A stretch of 64,000 nucleotides of DNA from Octopus vulgaris (taxonomy: Eukaryota), in NCBI GenBank assembly GCA_951406725.2, contig OX597818.1:91760001-91824000 (forward strand). Reading direction: 5' to 3'. Below are positions 40,930 through 55,025 of the stretch, piece by piece. A program made the translations under genes and the position numbers. Every line of letters starts with the position of its first letter. Within the stretch, counting starts at the first letter, position 1. The notes beneath the pieces are model-generated. The model searched no databases. It was not told the DNA's origin and saw nothing but the letters and a program-made list of their open reading frames with translations.

Positions 40930-41520
40930 AAGCAATAATTTAGATTATGGCTCGGCGAAACTAACTTGCACAAAGAAGTCGTCCCCAAATTCTCTCATGG
41001 CCTCAAGACGTCTACCGGACCTGGCACAAGCGTTGTACACTGTGACCCTGGAAAGTTCTTCGAACATCTCCTTGATCTTGCTTACAAGCTCAGTATTGGT
41101 GGTTTGTGTCACTGAACAATGTTTCCCCGCATACTAATCCATGAGATTACAATCGGGGGTATTAGAAGGCCAAAAGAAAAAAAAAACAGAGCAGATGAAG
41201 TCGTAGAAATTCTCTGATCACCACATTTTAGTCTTTATACGACCGAATCCTGCTGCGATACACATAGCCTTCCAGCAGCAACCCTCTCACGCTAGGGTTT
41301 GACCCCAGTCTCTCACAGATTCACATTGCCGTCTGAATTGAGCCTAATGCCCTGCTCAAAGACATGGGGACGAATTCCACTGTACTGGTTCATTCGTGCT
41401 GCCTGCTATGTCACTTTCTGCTGGCCACGATTTCGTAATGTCCGTAGCAGCTAGCCATATCATGTGGTATAGCCCAACATAGTACTGAGAGGCACTCATG
41501 ATGCCAGCATTTTAATACTC
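40930..41520 (-). mobile_element. Tc1/maT-type transposase remnant
   Basis: Minus-strand VSQQDS (~41245-41262) and FWPSNTPDCNLMD (~41137-41175), equivalent to QQDS and WPPNSPDLNPLD. Confidence 0.6.
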
Positions 41521-43250
41521 AGCGCAAATCATCATGATGCAATTAACTCTTTACCAAAATATAACTTCCGCTTTTCTATATAATCTTTCTCTAGACAATA
41601 ATTTTAATGTTTATACTCCCCGAAGGCGTTGACTGTTCATCAATACATCCAGCTGTTCGTAAATAAAGTAGACATAAGCAATCGTTAAATTTAGCACGAG
41701 TACCCCGTATTTTAGTTAAACTGTTCAATGAAAACATTTATTCTGTGAAAGTGAATCTTTATATATTTTTTCATACATATAAACACATATAGAATATATG
41801 TATATTAGAAAGAAAAGAAAATTTTGACACATTCAATCTCTTGGTATTTTTGTATTCATTTCTATCTGCACGTATGTATGTATGCATGTATGTATTTATG
41901 TATGTATGTATGTATGTTTGCATGTATGTATGTATGTATTATGTATGTATGTTTGTATGTATGTATGTATGCAAGTATGTAAATAAGTAGTATGTAATAT
42001 AATCATATATGTATGTAATGAGAAAGAAATGGAGAGTATTCATATATGCATACACATAAATTGGTGTGTGCCAGTGTTTACCTGTATGTAGAGAGTAAAT
42101 ATGTTGATATGCATATACATTCATATATGTACCTATGTTTCAAATCTATGTGTATTTGATACTGTTCGGGCAACGCTGGGGATTGTTAGTTATAATTCAT
42201 ATCATTACAATAGAAAAGTATCTTGAGCAACTCTACCATTGACATCTAATGTTTCCTGGTAATATTCCAATTATAGTTCAGTCTACAGGGGAAAACTGTG
42301 AATAGACGAGGCGAGAGAATACCTGATAACAAACTGATACTTTTATCTGCTGATTCAGTTGTTCCTCTCATGTCATAAGATTACCTATGTCTGAGACACT
42401 TTATCCTAGACTGCCTATTCAATCTAGCATTAATATATAAGCATTGCTCTGTGGTTAGGAAGCTCGTTTTCCAACCAAGTAGCTTCGAGTTCGAACATAC
42501 TGCACCTCTCTTTGGGCAACTGTCTTCTAGTGTAGCCTTGGGCGGATCGATGCCTTGTGAGAGAATTTCGTAGATTGAAACTGCGTGTAATTCCATAGTA
42601 TGTATATACGGGGTTTGTCTGCAAAGTTGGCAGGCTGACCAAGAGACATCCATGGAATGTAGCCAAATGTTCTTACAGAGGTGTTGCAGTCTGCTGCATA
42701 TTGACTGATCGATAACCAATGTGATTTCTCACCACTGTGTCTATTCTATTGGGATGAAGCGTCGATCAGTTTGAATATAGAATCCAAACGTATGGAGTTG
42801 TCTATAATTTCTTTTAAGTTTGGCATGCTTACATTCCCCACCAGTTCTCAAATAGGAGTCCAATCTGATGTTATATGAACTAGCCTAGATACCAAGTATA
42901 TCACAGCGCTTTTTAGTCTCAGTTGAGGCCAATATATTTATGCCGGCGCGCAATATTCTGTGTTTTATTCTCTTCATAATTTAACATCATGTGGTAGTTG
43001 TAAGCCACAGCCATTCTCAGTCATTCGGTGCCCTTCGTTTCCAATCGTCCGCCAAACAGATGTCTGCGCTTGGATAAATATAAATTCACTTGGAAATAGG
43101 TGACGGTTGACGACGGGAAAAGCACCCTGCGATACAGAATTTCCTATAACAAATTCCGTCAGATTCATGGTTCATATAAACATATGTATTATGTATGTAT
43201 GCACACACACACACAGACTTATATATGTATGTATGTGTGTGTAGGTGTGT

Positions 43251-43732
43251 GTAATAAAATAATTCTTGGATGGAATTTATTGACATTCAATGCATTGCTA
43301 CGCGCGTTTCCACAAGTTACATGTCTCTTAATATAACAGTCTATATTCTTGGGATGGTTACAGTGTAGTCCGTAGTATCCATGGGCAGCGGGAAGCTTAT
43401 CTTCAGGGATTCATTTCTTCAGACGATATAGCATTAATGGATGTTTAACAGAGGGATGTTCATCCTTTCTGGCCAGTGCGAAGGTTGATTATGGGGATTG
43501 ATTGAGTAAAAATGGATAAACAACATTCTTTTAAAGATCCATTAATGTTATATCGTCTAAAGAAATGAATCCATGAAGATGACCTACCAGATGTTCACGG
43601 ACACAACGGACTGTATTGTAATAATTCCAAGAATATGGACTGTGATCTTAAGAGACATGTGGTTTGCAGAAATGCGCGTAGGGATGAATTAAATATTCGT
43701 AAATCCCATTCAATGATTATCGTTATTATTAC
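43251..43732. repeat. Degenerate inverted repeat (~215-bp arms) made of two hammerhead-bearing pLTR-like copies
   Basis: Arms ~43251-43465 and ~43514-43732 are roughly 75-80% complementary by eye; each reads ATCC-(C/A)TGAAGA...GAAA(C/T)GCGCGTA outward. Confidence 0.8.
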
Positions 43733-43866
43733 TATACTTAGCTTACATTATATCGTTACAGCCCGATGCAATCCACACAAACTGGCTCACCTGTCAGCAG
43801 CATCAGATTAAGCCCGGCATAATGGAATACGAGCCTTATTTGCATATGCAAACGTTTCTCGTAAAC

Positions 43867-43917
<51 letters not shown>

Positions 43918-43919
43918 GC

Positions 43920-45152
43920 TCATACACAGAAGCAGATACTCTCATGGAATATGACCAAATAAAGTTTATTTTCGATATACTTCCCCTTCTGATTCCCGCA
44001 CTTCCTCTATTGGCGTTGCTGTGGTTGGATCCCTTCGGAGAAGAAGCGTTCATCTTGTTGGTCGAAAAAAGATAGCAACACCAGATATGGCGTCATCATG
44101 ACTACGATATTGGTTCCCAGCTAAGCGCTTTTCCATGTTGGGTAATAGATGATAGACCGGTGGGGCCAAATCAGGAGAGTAGGGAGGTTCGTCAAATTCA
44201 CATTCACGCACAGCTGCTATTGGGATCAAGGACATGAGTGCTGGAATATCGTCCTCCTGAAGCAAAACACCTTTTGTCAGTTTTACTGGACATTTTCTCT
44301 ACATAACCTTCCCTAACTCTCCCAGCAAGGTGGCATAGTACTCTCCATTTATGGTGTAACCCTTTTGAGGGTACTTAATAAAAAAAATCCTTTTTGACAT
44401 TCAATAAACGCAATGCATTTTGCTTCCCTAAAAACCTAGATCATCTCTCCTGCAAATGAAACGACCTTGGCCTTGTTTGGAAAAGGTGATTTGAAGTGCT
44501 TCCACACCATAGAATATCTCATTGTTTCTGTTTCAAAGTGATGAACCCAACACTCGTTCTGCATTAGAAAACTTTCAAGGAATCCAGCTGGATTTGCTTC
44601 GAACAATATCAAGTTTTCTCGTGGCGTGATCAAGCTGGTGTGCCTTTAATCACCCACCGAGCAGAAACCTTCATCATGCCAAGTTCCTTGTGAAGAATAT
44701 TCTGAAGTCACTTGCAGGATACGCTAATAGCATTGGTTATTTGATTTATAGTTGTCCATCACTCTGTGGTGAACACAATCATGGTTTTCCTCGGTGGTGG
44801 CATTTGCAGAACGTCCAGACTTTGGTTCATCTTCAAGCTGCTCCCTTCCTCTCTAAACTTCAGCTGCTGACTTTTCACTGTTCATTAACCTGGAGCATCA
44901 CTCCCTGATGTGGCAATAGTATCAATATAAATGTCACCAGGGGCTAAAATCCCTTTACTGCCAAATTTTGTCGATGCCAAATTTTGTCGATTTTCAAGAG
45001 CAGTCCTATTAGTCTTCTTTGAACAAATATCAGGTATCTTGAGAGAAAGAATGCAGTTATTAATAAGGTAAGTCGAAACTAATGCATGCAACGTTTCACA
45101 GCTGTAGCGTCCACCTTCATAATCAGCTTATGAACTTTTCAGCCCTATCTTG
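43920..45152 (-). mobile_element. Degenerate mariner element (~1.2 kb)
   Basis: KVSARWV, ECWVHHFETET...WKH...KAKVVSFAG and PPYSPDLAP...HLLPNMEKRLAG motifs in broken frames. Confidence 0.85.
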
Positions 45153-48100
45153 TATATGCATGAATGTGTATTTGTGTATGTACGCGTGTGTATAGGTGTG
45201 TGTATGTGTGTGTGCACGCATGTATGTCACTTTATATCTGTGTTTGTCAGCCGCTCTACTCTATTCGTTGTATACCAGTGCTAGTGTTTACCTTACTGTA
45301 ACCTAGCGTTCAGCAAAAAGTTATCGATAGAAAAATACGCAAACCATATTTTTTGTATTTGGAGTTTGTTCAACTAAAACTCTTCAAGGAGGTTCCCCAG
45401 CATAGCCGTAATACAAAGACTGGAGTACATAGTTTCATAATTGTCTCCCGTTTTTCTTCTTTACAAGAATTATCCTCCCGTTACGAATGTAGTTTTAATT
45501 GATTCAACATTTAATTTTCAGCTGAAGCCCACACTTCGCAAATGAATATATAACTAACATCAAAGTAATCAATAAATTCTATTGTTATAGCAACGAGTAA
45601 CAATATACAATATGGATGAATAATTTGAATGTGTTGACCGAAAACCATAACCGCAACGAAAATTTACTGAAGAATTTACAGAGATTAAAACAATCAAGAA
45701 AATTTAACAATAGCAAAAGAGCAGCATTGTGTAACACTAAGCAGACATCAGATTAGGAAAGATAATTACTTTGTTGACAAGCTAACAGCCTGTGGTTAAT
45801 AAAATAACTGGAATATTGATTAAAGACTTACGTGCTCCGTTTGTAGTGTTTTCATTTGGTTACAAAAATGGAATGAAATATGAAAAATTGATTGTAATGG
45901 CAAATTAACATTTGTGCTAGAGAGATTTTTCTCGTATTTATTTCCAAAACTTTTGTTTAGATTCAATATGTTTATCTTAAAATTTGTGTTTAATGTTTGT
46001 AGTTGTTGTTGTTGTTGTTTTTGTCGCTATTGTTCTTGTTATTGTCTATTTTCAGGCTGGTTATGATCAAGTGAAATTTTGTTTAAACTTGTACAGAAAC
46101 TATAATTATGCAATTTTCGTTTTAGGCATTAACCTATTACTTCGTAATTTTAAAGTTGCCATCACTAGCAGGTATGTATGAGCACATACAGACTGTTATT
46201 GTCTCGTTGCTTAAAATTGCTCATGGTATTGCGTTTGTTGATGTTATAGCCTGAAGTCTGTCTATTCTTTACAGTTAAGTTCATTTTTCTATACAGTGCC
46301 ATATACACCAATCTTTACAACACTCTTCAACCTGCAGTGCCTTAACGTCACTACTTCGTCACTACACTTTTTTACAACACTCTCCTCATTTCCATTTTAT
46401 GATACTGTCTTTACCGCTACTATACAATATATTTTCCACTACATAGAGTTAAGTGATCGTTAACATACTTAATGTAGTAACTCTAAATATGCATACGCAA
46501 TTTCGAATGAAACACAAATAACAGCCCGATTAATAAATGCATTATTACTATCAATGGACATTTTGTTCTCTTTTTGCTGTATTTATTGTTTGCCGTATTT
46601 AATAATTTATGTCTCAAGAGAGACGCTGTGGGTCATGCTTACAGACTATTGGGCAATCAGTACAAGGGTTGGTAGAAACTAACTCATCACAAGAAATGAA
46701 CAGTATATGTAGGCAAAATAATGAATCATGCTAACTTACTTTACATTGCTTAAACAAGTATCTGAAATAGATGCACCTTACAATTGAAGGAAGCATGTGG
46801 GCTGTGTAAATAACTAGTAATATGTTATTTGAAGTGTTCAGCTCAAATCTTGTTTTGTCCTTCGAAGAATACAATGACAACTCAGTAACTTATTAGATAA
46901 GTGATACATCCATTCAGAGTTGAGTTCATTGTATCATGTCTTTCAAATAGCCGTCAGATCTCCCTTCGCTTCGTTACTAGAAGAAAGAAAAAGAAATCCT
47001 GCTAAATATGCAGTATTTCTGCTAATTAAATTTATGAGCGGTATCTTGTAAGTCTTTTCTATTTACAATGAGACAGGTGTAACTGGAGCTTTTCAACATA
47101 CATGGACAAAATCAGCCGGTAGTCAGATGTCAATGTTATTTCGTCTAAGTATATCTTAAAGAATATTTGATACATAAATGGCCAATAGATTATAGCTAGT
47201 AATTTACCTAAACAGTTTCATTTCTTACAGACTACAAAAGCTGTCTTTCATTTCAATTCTACAGAAAGAAACCGAACAAATGTTTCCTCTATATCCAGGA
47301 ATTTCAATTCATTGTTACTCTATCACGAAGCGAATTTCTGTAGAGTGTACGATATATTAAACTTCAAAATATATTGCATCGTTCTTGCTTTTATCTTTTT
47401 TCTGTATGACTTGCAATAGTGAAAGTACGTAGCATAGTGGTTAGGGTATTCGGCTGAAGAGTCATGAAATTGTGATTTCGATACATGGCGGCGCGATCTA
47501 TCCTCGATCGAGACATTTTATTTCGTGTTGCTCCAGACCACTCGGCTGGTAAAAATGTGTTGTACTTGTATTTCAAAGGACCAGCCTTTATTTTATTTAA
47601 TTTGTCATAAAGGTAGTACATAGAGTAAGGAAGCTTGCGGGCTGGACACGGACATTACTGAGATGAATGATGATGATACAAGGATGATAAGAATGGGAGA
47701 AGACGAAAAGCGCCCGCCGACTTTTGCTTCTCTAAATATTATATCGAGGCAATAAACGTCTACAAAGTTCAAAAGAAAACACACACACACACACACATTA
47801 ATGAGGCAATAAACCTCTTACATTTTTGCCGTACAAAACCCTTTTGAGGCAATAAACTTCTTACAGAAAAATACAATTATTTGCTTTTCTGTCCGACCAG
47901 GCTCCTCGCTTCTTCGAAGCATCAAGATGGTTCCAAGCCGGACCACTTTGTCATGTATCTAAAGGAGTCCGCTGAGAAGGAATTCCTTATCCTGCACAGA
48001 TCGGCCACTTGTGAAGGCCACTCAGGGTTCTCCGTGCAAGACCGAAGCCCCTCCCACGGACCTTTCGTTTCAAACTCCTTAACAAAGTTCTGCAATGTCC

Positions 48101-48983
48101 CTCCCTTATGGAAGAGGAACACAAATTGCTCCTATAGTGGCACTCCCACCGAAGGAGCATCGGGACACGCCGTCAGTGTGTCACAAACCGTGTCACGCTG
48201 AATCTTCCTGAGATTCCCTAAGTTAAGGGTACGCACGTCTGCGTAGTGATCAGCCACTTGCACGTTAATTTCGCGTACAGGCTGTTCCGTTGGTCGGCTC
48301 AACTGGAACCCTCTTCGTCGATTGGTACCAGTTGTGCAACTTGCTTGATAGTTAATTTCGGCAATGAAAAAAGGCAATTTTCGTTTATGAGCAATAAATT
48401 GAGTGATTAAAATCTAATCTGTGTATTTTTAATTAATAATCTCAATTTTAGTTAATTTGAATTAGTTTTCGCGTGATTTGTGTAAGAACTACACAAGTGG
48501 TATATTTTAATGATAAAATACCATTTAATTCTCAGGAAACGATGTAGTGAAGCACGCACATACAGATTTAAAGACGTATGGACAAACACATATATTCCTA
48601 ATCACATGTGCAATATCACAGAAGATCAATAATCTTTAAGATCTGAGGATGAGATTCTATAAATATTTTGATATAAATATATGTAGAAAAATTATCTGCC
48701 CGGCTTGTAATGAAAATGCAAATTAGGATTAAAAGAAACATGTTTACAAGTTGTCGGTCAATGGCCTGCATTTGCCTAAACATTGATAAGACTTAAGAAT
48801 GCCATTAATAAGCCACAAGTGTAATCACTTAACATAATATGTTCGTCTTACTAGGACTTGTTTTTCTTTCATTTTTAATCAGATGAGTGTGAGATTATGG
48901 AGGAGGAAACATAAAACAGCATTAAAACTAAATTAAAGATATACCTAACCTGTAAAACAGAATTGTTATTAACTTCAGTCATT

Positions 48984-49033
<50 letters not shown>

Positions 49034-49217
49034 GGTAAATTGGAATGTATTATGCAGTATAGTTTATTAGGCTATTTCATCTTGTATCTGATGTTTCATC
49101 TTTCCTAATTACGATCGACAGAATTTACAATATGCGTAACAAATCATCTGATACACTGTTTTTCTGATGTAATGTACACACATATACATTTTTAAACGCA
49201 TATGGGTAATGCTGCTG

Positions 49218-49561
49218 AGACCCCCTTCGGTCATGACTGACCATAGGGTTGCACCTAGAAAGTTACCCTTTCAGGCAAAAGTCCGGGCAAGGTTGTTTAT
49301 GGAAGACCAGCAGTCGCCCATGCATACCAGCTTACCCTCTCCACGCTACCAGTGTTATCCGAAGGAAAGGCAAAAGCCGATACAGCTTGGCACCAGTGAC
49401 TCATTTCTACAGCTCATTTCTACAACTCATTTCTACAGCTGAGTAAACGTGAAATAAAGTGTCTTGCTCAAGAACACAACACGCAGCTCGGTCCGAGATT
49501 CGAACTCACAACCTCAAGATCGCAAGCTCGACACTCTAACCACTGAGCCATGCGCCTTCAC
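49218..49561 (-). mobile_element. tRNA-derived CORE-like SINE (family 3)
   Basis: Head GTGAAGGCGCATGGCTCAGTGGTTAGAG...GAGTTCGAATCTC; body matches 56110-56447. Confidence 0.8.
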
Positions 49562-51255
49562 AAACGCATATGGAAACTCATAAATATTCCCAAGCACAGA
49601 TGGGTACATGCATATTTTGACAAAATTTAAGATCCGAGAAAATTCTGCTAATAGTTAGAGGATAATTAGAAAAATTAGTAATTAGTTTCCCTCTGCCCAG
49701 TTTTGCTTCTAAGATATGAGTCGACCTGAGGCAATAAAAGAATGTTTCTTGCCGGGATGACACGCGGCGATATGGAAACCGGAATTTCATGATTGTAAGG
49801 TGAACTACATATTCATTCGGCCATACATTACTTGTATGACATATGCTTGGATGAAGTGTTTTGTTTGTTCAACAGAACTACCAGGTTCATTCAATTAGTG
49901 CGTAACGGCCGAATCTTCCCGAGATAGTGTTATGCTTAATGTAACTGTTACAGTAACATTGTTTGACTTGTCCAAACCTTTAAATTATAGAGTAATTCCA
50001 TCCAAGTAACTTCACATCCATTTTCTGCCTGCCCAGTTTTCTTCCAAGGTATCTAGAAGCAATAAACAAAAATGCCATTATACCCGAGATGAGACGCAGC
50101 TTCAAGGAAATTAGAATACCCTGGTTACAGAATGAAATTGTAAGTCGTTCGGTTATACTGTAATTACATATGTCTATACATTTATGCAATTACATATCTA
50201 TCGTGTTTTATATGGAAAATCTTGGATTTTCAAATTTGTTTCATCTTTATCACTGTGACACTTGTGATAACTCAGAGCATCCAATATTAATATTTTATAA
50301 AGCTCAAGGCGGCGAACTGGCAGAAGCGTTAGCACGCCGGAGAAAAATGCTTAACAGCATTTCGTCCCTCTTTATATTCTGAGTTCAAATTCCACCGAAT
50401 CGAGTTTGCTGAGGTTCACTTCGCTTTTTATCCTTTCGAGGTCGATAAAATAAATACTAGCTTAGGTCTGGGGTCGATGTAATCGAGTTGACCACTCACC
50501 TGAAATTACTAGCTCTCTGCTAAAATTTGAAAGCAATACTTTATATAGCACACGTTACAGAGTTTTGAATCACATTAGGGTGATATGCATTGTAGAATAC
50601 GTTATACATTGTACAACACGTGTATATCTTCCACTGCTCCTGCATTTACACGTACGGACATTTTTTTCATTCTTTTATTCATTTAGGCTTTCACTCGCGT
50701 TGAACTACGCCCCTTACTGGGGCATCACCTTGAAGGGATTAGTCAAACAAATCGACCCCGATACATATATATGTCAATTCGTCAAACAAATCGACATATA
50801 TATAATCAGCCGAAACTTCAAAGATAATCTGGTACGCGACTGAGGAAAGAAAACTCCGAATGACCCCTCCTTGTTTTCTTTGTATTGTCTATCTGGATGT
50901 TTTTTCCATTTTGTACCACCTGTCTGGATGTTTTGTGTTCTTGTCTCATTTTGTATTATATATGTAGGTCCCGGGTTGATTCGGGGTTAACCACAGTAAA
51001 TAAGGTACTCAATACATAGCAGAGTAAAATTAATTTATTATATAGAAGGAGCTTCTACATGTATATATATGTGTATATGTATATATGTGTATATAGGGAC
51101 TTGTGTGTTGTGTGTACATGTGTGTATGTGGATATGTGTGTGTATGTGTGTATGTGTATGTGTGTGTATGTATATATTTTTTGTATGTATATGTATGTGT
51201 GGTCGTGTGTGTATATATACATGTGTGTGTGTATATGTATATGCATATGTGTGTG

Positions 51256-51288
<33 letters not shown>

Positions 51289-51621
51289 GTAGGTGTATAT
51301 GTAGGTGTATGTATGTAAATATATGTGTATATATATATGTGTGTGTGTATGTATGTGTGTATGTATATGTGTGTGTGTGTGTGTATATATGTATACATAT
51401 GTGTATAGGTATAAGTGAGAATCTCCTTATTTACCTAAAACTCTATTCTTCTATATATTTTTTTACTCTTTTATTTATTCTTTTATCTAATTTACCACTG
51501 ACTCCTTGACCACTCCCCCAAGTATGATATTTTTGCGCTATGCCTACCCCCAAAAAGTCCCCCACCACCACCCCTTTAAACCTGCCTAAATGTATAAATG
51601 CCAATACAATTCTTGTTAACT

Positions 51622-51672
51622 AGCTTCCTGAAGATTTCTCTTGAATGAAACAGTTCTAGTCCTGTAGAAGCT
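51622..51672 (+). ncRNA. Type I hammerhead ribozyme motif
   Basis: AGCTTC-CTGAAGA-TTTC-TCTT-GAAT-GAAA-CAG-TTCTAGTC-CTG-TA-GAAGCT; perfect 6-bp stem I, 4-bp stem III, GUA cleavage triplet (after 51666). Confidence 0.8.
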
Positions 51673-51784
51673 CCTTCTATATAATATATATATATATATA
51701 TACTTTGATACTTTGATAGGCTTCGGCCATTATTGGCCCAGGCCATGTCTAACTTAATAGCACCACCTGGTGAAGTCTTTCAAG

Positions 51785-54700
51785 TCAGAATTTGGGCACT
51801 ATGGCCCACTCAAGTAGAGAGTTATTGTTTACAGAGACATATCCGGGTGTAGGGGGTTTATCCGGGATTTCTTGAAGGAATCTGTCCAAAGACTTCTTGA
51901 ACCCTATAGGGTCAGTTTCTGTTTTAATGTGTTTTGGTGTAATGTTAAAGAGAGCGGGGCCAATTGAGGTGAAATAATTGTGCCGTATTGTTGTTATGAG
52001 ATGAGAGTGCGATTTTTGTTTTGGGCGGATGGCACGGGGCCCAAGCCTTGGATGTACCTTAAAGGTGATGCCAACATCATTTGGGCAATGCTGATGGAAT
52101 ATTTTCCACATCATGCAGATGATGTAGTGCTCACGACGACGTTGGAGAGAATAGAGTTTTAGCTTTTCTAGTCGACCCCAATAGTCGAGGCCTGTCATGC
52201 CATCTATCTTTTTTGTGATTGCCCTTTGAGGTGCTTCAACTTTTATGATACCTTGTATTGTGTGGGGAGACCACAGTGGACAACAGTATTCAAGGTGGGG
52301 TCGGGCAAAAGTGGAGAAGAGAAGGATAATGGTGTGGATATCTCTCGACTGGAAAGTTCTGAGAATCCAGGAACACATTCTGCGGGCCATGTCAACTTTG
52401 GTGTTTATATGAGTGGCCCAGCTTACGTTGTTGTCCACAATTACTCCCAAGTCTCTGATGTTGTTGGACACCGCGAGAGTTTCACCTGAAGGAAGGGAGT
52501 ATGGGAGTTTCAGGGCATCCTCTTTTCCAAAGTGGATTAGCTCAAATTTATCCTCGTTCAGCAGCATATTGTTTTTTTCTGCCCATTGGATAACAGCCAG
52601 TAGATCTGACTGAAGGCATGTCCGGTCACTCGCCTCATTTATGACCTTCTGTAGCTTGGAGTCATCTGCAAAGATTTTTATGTTGCTGTGCTTGATGATG
52701 TCATTAATGTCATTAATGTAAATGATGAAAAGAAGTGGGCCCAGCACAGTGCCTTGCGGAACGCCACTACTGACTTTGGCTGGGCTTGATTTTACCCCTT
52801 CAACTACAACATGTTGAGATCTGTCTGTCAGGAAACACTTAATCCATTTCAGTAACTTTCCAGAGACACCAATGTTGGATAGTTTTTTCAATAGGATCTT
52901 GTGATCGACCCTGTCGAAGGCCTTACTGGAAATCAAGGTAGATGACATCGGTGTTGGAGCCCTCTCCCAAAGCTCTCAAAATGTCCTCAAAGTGATGCAG
53001 GAGCTGCGTTAGGCAGTCCCTTCCATTACGGAACCCATGTTGGTTGGAGATCAGCCGTCTGTTGCTTTCCAGAAATTGGGTTATTCGAGATCTCACCACC
53101 CTCTCAAATACCTTGATGATATGAGAGGTGAGTGAGATCGGACGGTAATTCACTGCAAGGGACTTGTTTCCCTTTTTGAAAACTGGGACAACAGACTGGG
53201 ACAGAAGGTTTTTTGGAATATAGCCAGCATCCAGTGAGTTTCTCCACAGATTAGCAAGGGGAGATGCAAGTTGGTGTCGACACACCTTCAGGACACAAGC
53301 AGGGAACCTATCGGGGCCTACTGCTGAATTGTGTTTTATTTCGTTTATCGCCGCTAAGACATCAGGGGCACTAAACGTTATGTCCGATATAGTGTGTTGG
53401 GGGTTGACATCACTGATACAGCCCAGATCGGCCATATCAGGATTGCTGAAAACAGAGCAGTATTGTTTCTGCAGTATCTCGGCCATGGATTTGGCATTAT
53501 CTTGGAGAGTGCCAGTTTCGTCAATTAGAGGGCCTACAGTGGAGACAGTGACCCTGCGTTTCCTCGCAAATGAAAAGAACACTTTGGGGTTGAGTTTGAT
53601 TTTTTCAATGGCCCACTTCTCCTCAGCTGATCTTTGGTTATTGATGAGGGTCTTCATGCATTGTTGGAGGTTATATTTTTTGGATTCAAGCAGTGCGATA
53701 GCCGTCGAATGTGTGTGTTGCTGTTGGCAGTACTTTAGTTTGTTAATTTTTTTGTTTGTTCTTTTTATTTTTCTGATAATGGTTTTTCTGTTTTGGGGGA
53801 TTCTGCACTTTTTGTTCACAGGTCTTGGTGGGGAGTGTTTTGCACATATGTCTGTGACGGTGTCTACAAAGATCTGCCAAGATGTTTTATGGTTGGTGGA
53901 GATGTGTGTATGTGTAAAGGACCAGTCAACATTTGATAGCTCGTTCCTGATTGCATCCCAGTTGGCTTTATGGAGATCCATGTTGTCAAATGGGTGGGCT
54001 GGAGGAAGGTCACTAGGATTAGCTTTCGGCTGGTGGAATTTCATGTTACAGAGAACCATGTCATGGTCTGAAAGAAGGGTTTTTTCCACTGTAACGTTAT
54101 GTATAGTGTTAGTGTGGTTACTAAACACTAGGTCCAAAATGTTCTGATGTCTTGTTGGTGCAAGGACAAGTTGGGACAAGAAAAACTCATTCGTAAAGTC
54201 GAAAAGTGACTCTGCTGCTTATTTGTCAGCGGTTGGGGCGGGAGTGCTTGGTTTCAAACAGTTTGTAGTCCAGTCAACACAGGGTAGATTGAAGTCTCCC
54301 ATCATGAGTATGTTGCTAGAATGGCACTGTTGAATAAAGCACTTAATGCTGTTGAGGCATTCTTTAAAGCACAGTATGGGTGTTTGGGGCGGCCTATAGA
54401 GCCCAATTACTGTCAGGTCATTGGCTTTGTTGTGCACGGTGACTGATTCACAGTAGCCGTTGGAGAATATACTATTTCCATCTGCCGTAAATGAATCATG
54501 CAGGAAAATGGCAGTTCCACCCTTCCTCCTGCCGATACGATCCGCGCGGATGGTTGTGAAATTCTTCACTCTCACTTCGGCTTCCAAGTGGGAGTTGTCA
54601 AGCTGGGTCTCAGTGAGAATGAAGAAAGGGATGTGGTGTGAATGGTTACCAACCCAGTCTTCAATGAATTGGACCTTCCATTTTTGTGCATTGATGGAAG

Positions 54701-55025
54701 GGCTGACACCTTGTGCATTGAGTAGGAATGTGGAGGTTAGTGTAGTGGCTGGTTTTGACTGTTGCAGGGGGCTTGGATTTTTTGTGTGTGTTAGTGGCAG
54801 CAATGTGGGGAATTGGTGCACTGGGGTAATAGCATAGGATGGTGTTGAGTGATGGCTAGAATGTTTTTGTGTATCTCTTTTGCCATGTTCAACATGGCTA
54901 AAAAGAATTTTCCTGCTTAGGGAGCAGTTTTTGGCTGGAGGTGTGGTTGCACTGTTGGATAGGGTTGTAGTTTCCACTTTTGTTGTTGTTGTTTTTGTGT
55001 CTTCCTGAAAAGACTGGACCAGCAT
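51785..55025 (-). pseudogene. LINE ORF2 (AP endonuclease plus reverse transcriptase) with one nonsense codon and one +1 frameshift
   Basis: EN motifs LLNAQG, LTETQL, LYRPP, MGDFNLP, ILDLV, LSDH; RT motifs NYRPISLTS, QHGFR, YLDF-SKAFD, GVPQGTVLGP, FADD; in-frame TAA at 54219-54221; extra base at 52928-52929. Confidence 0.92.

Noticed and set aside
47746-47866. Three GAGGCAATAAAC repeats with different spacers (CRISPR-like look)
   Set aside because: Only 12 bp, irregular spacing, eukaryotic context, no cas genes; likely local duplication.
50843-50880. CGCGA-CTGAGGA...CCGAA hammerhead-like remnant
   Set aside because: GAAAC and the cleavage triplet are missing; not counted.
53329-54147. 272-aa plus-strand ORF
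   Set aside because: Antisense shadow of LINE ORF2 with no independent motif.
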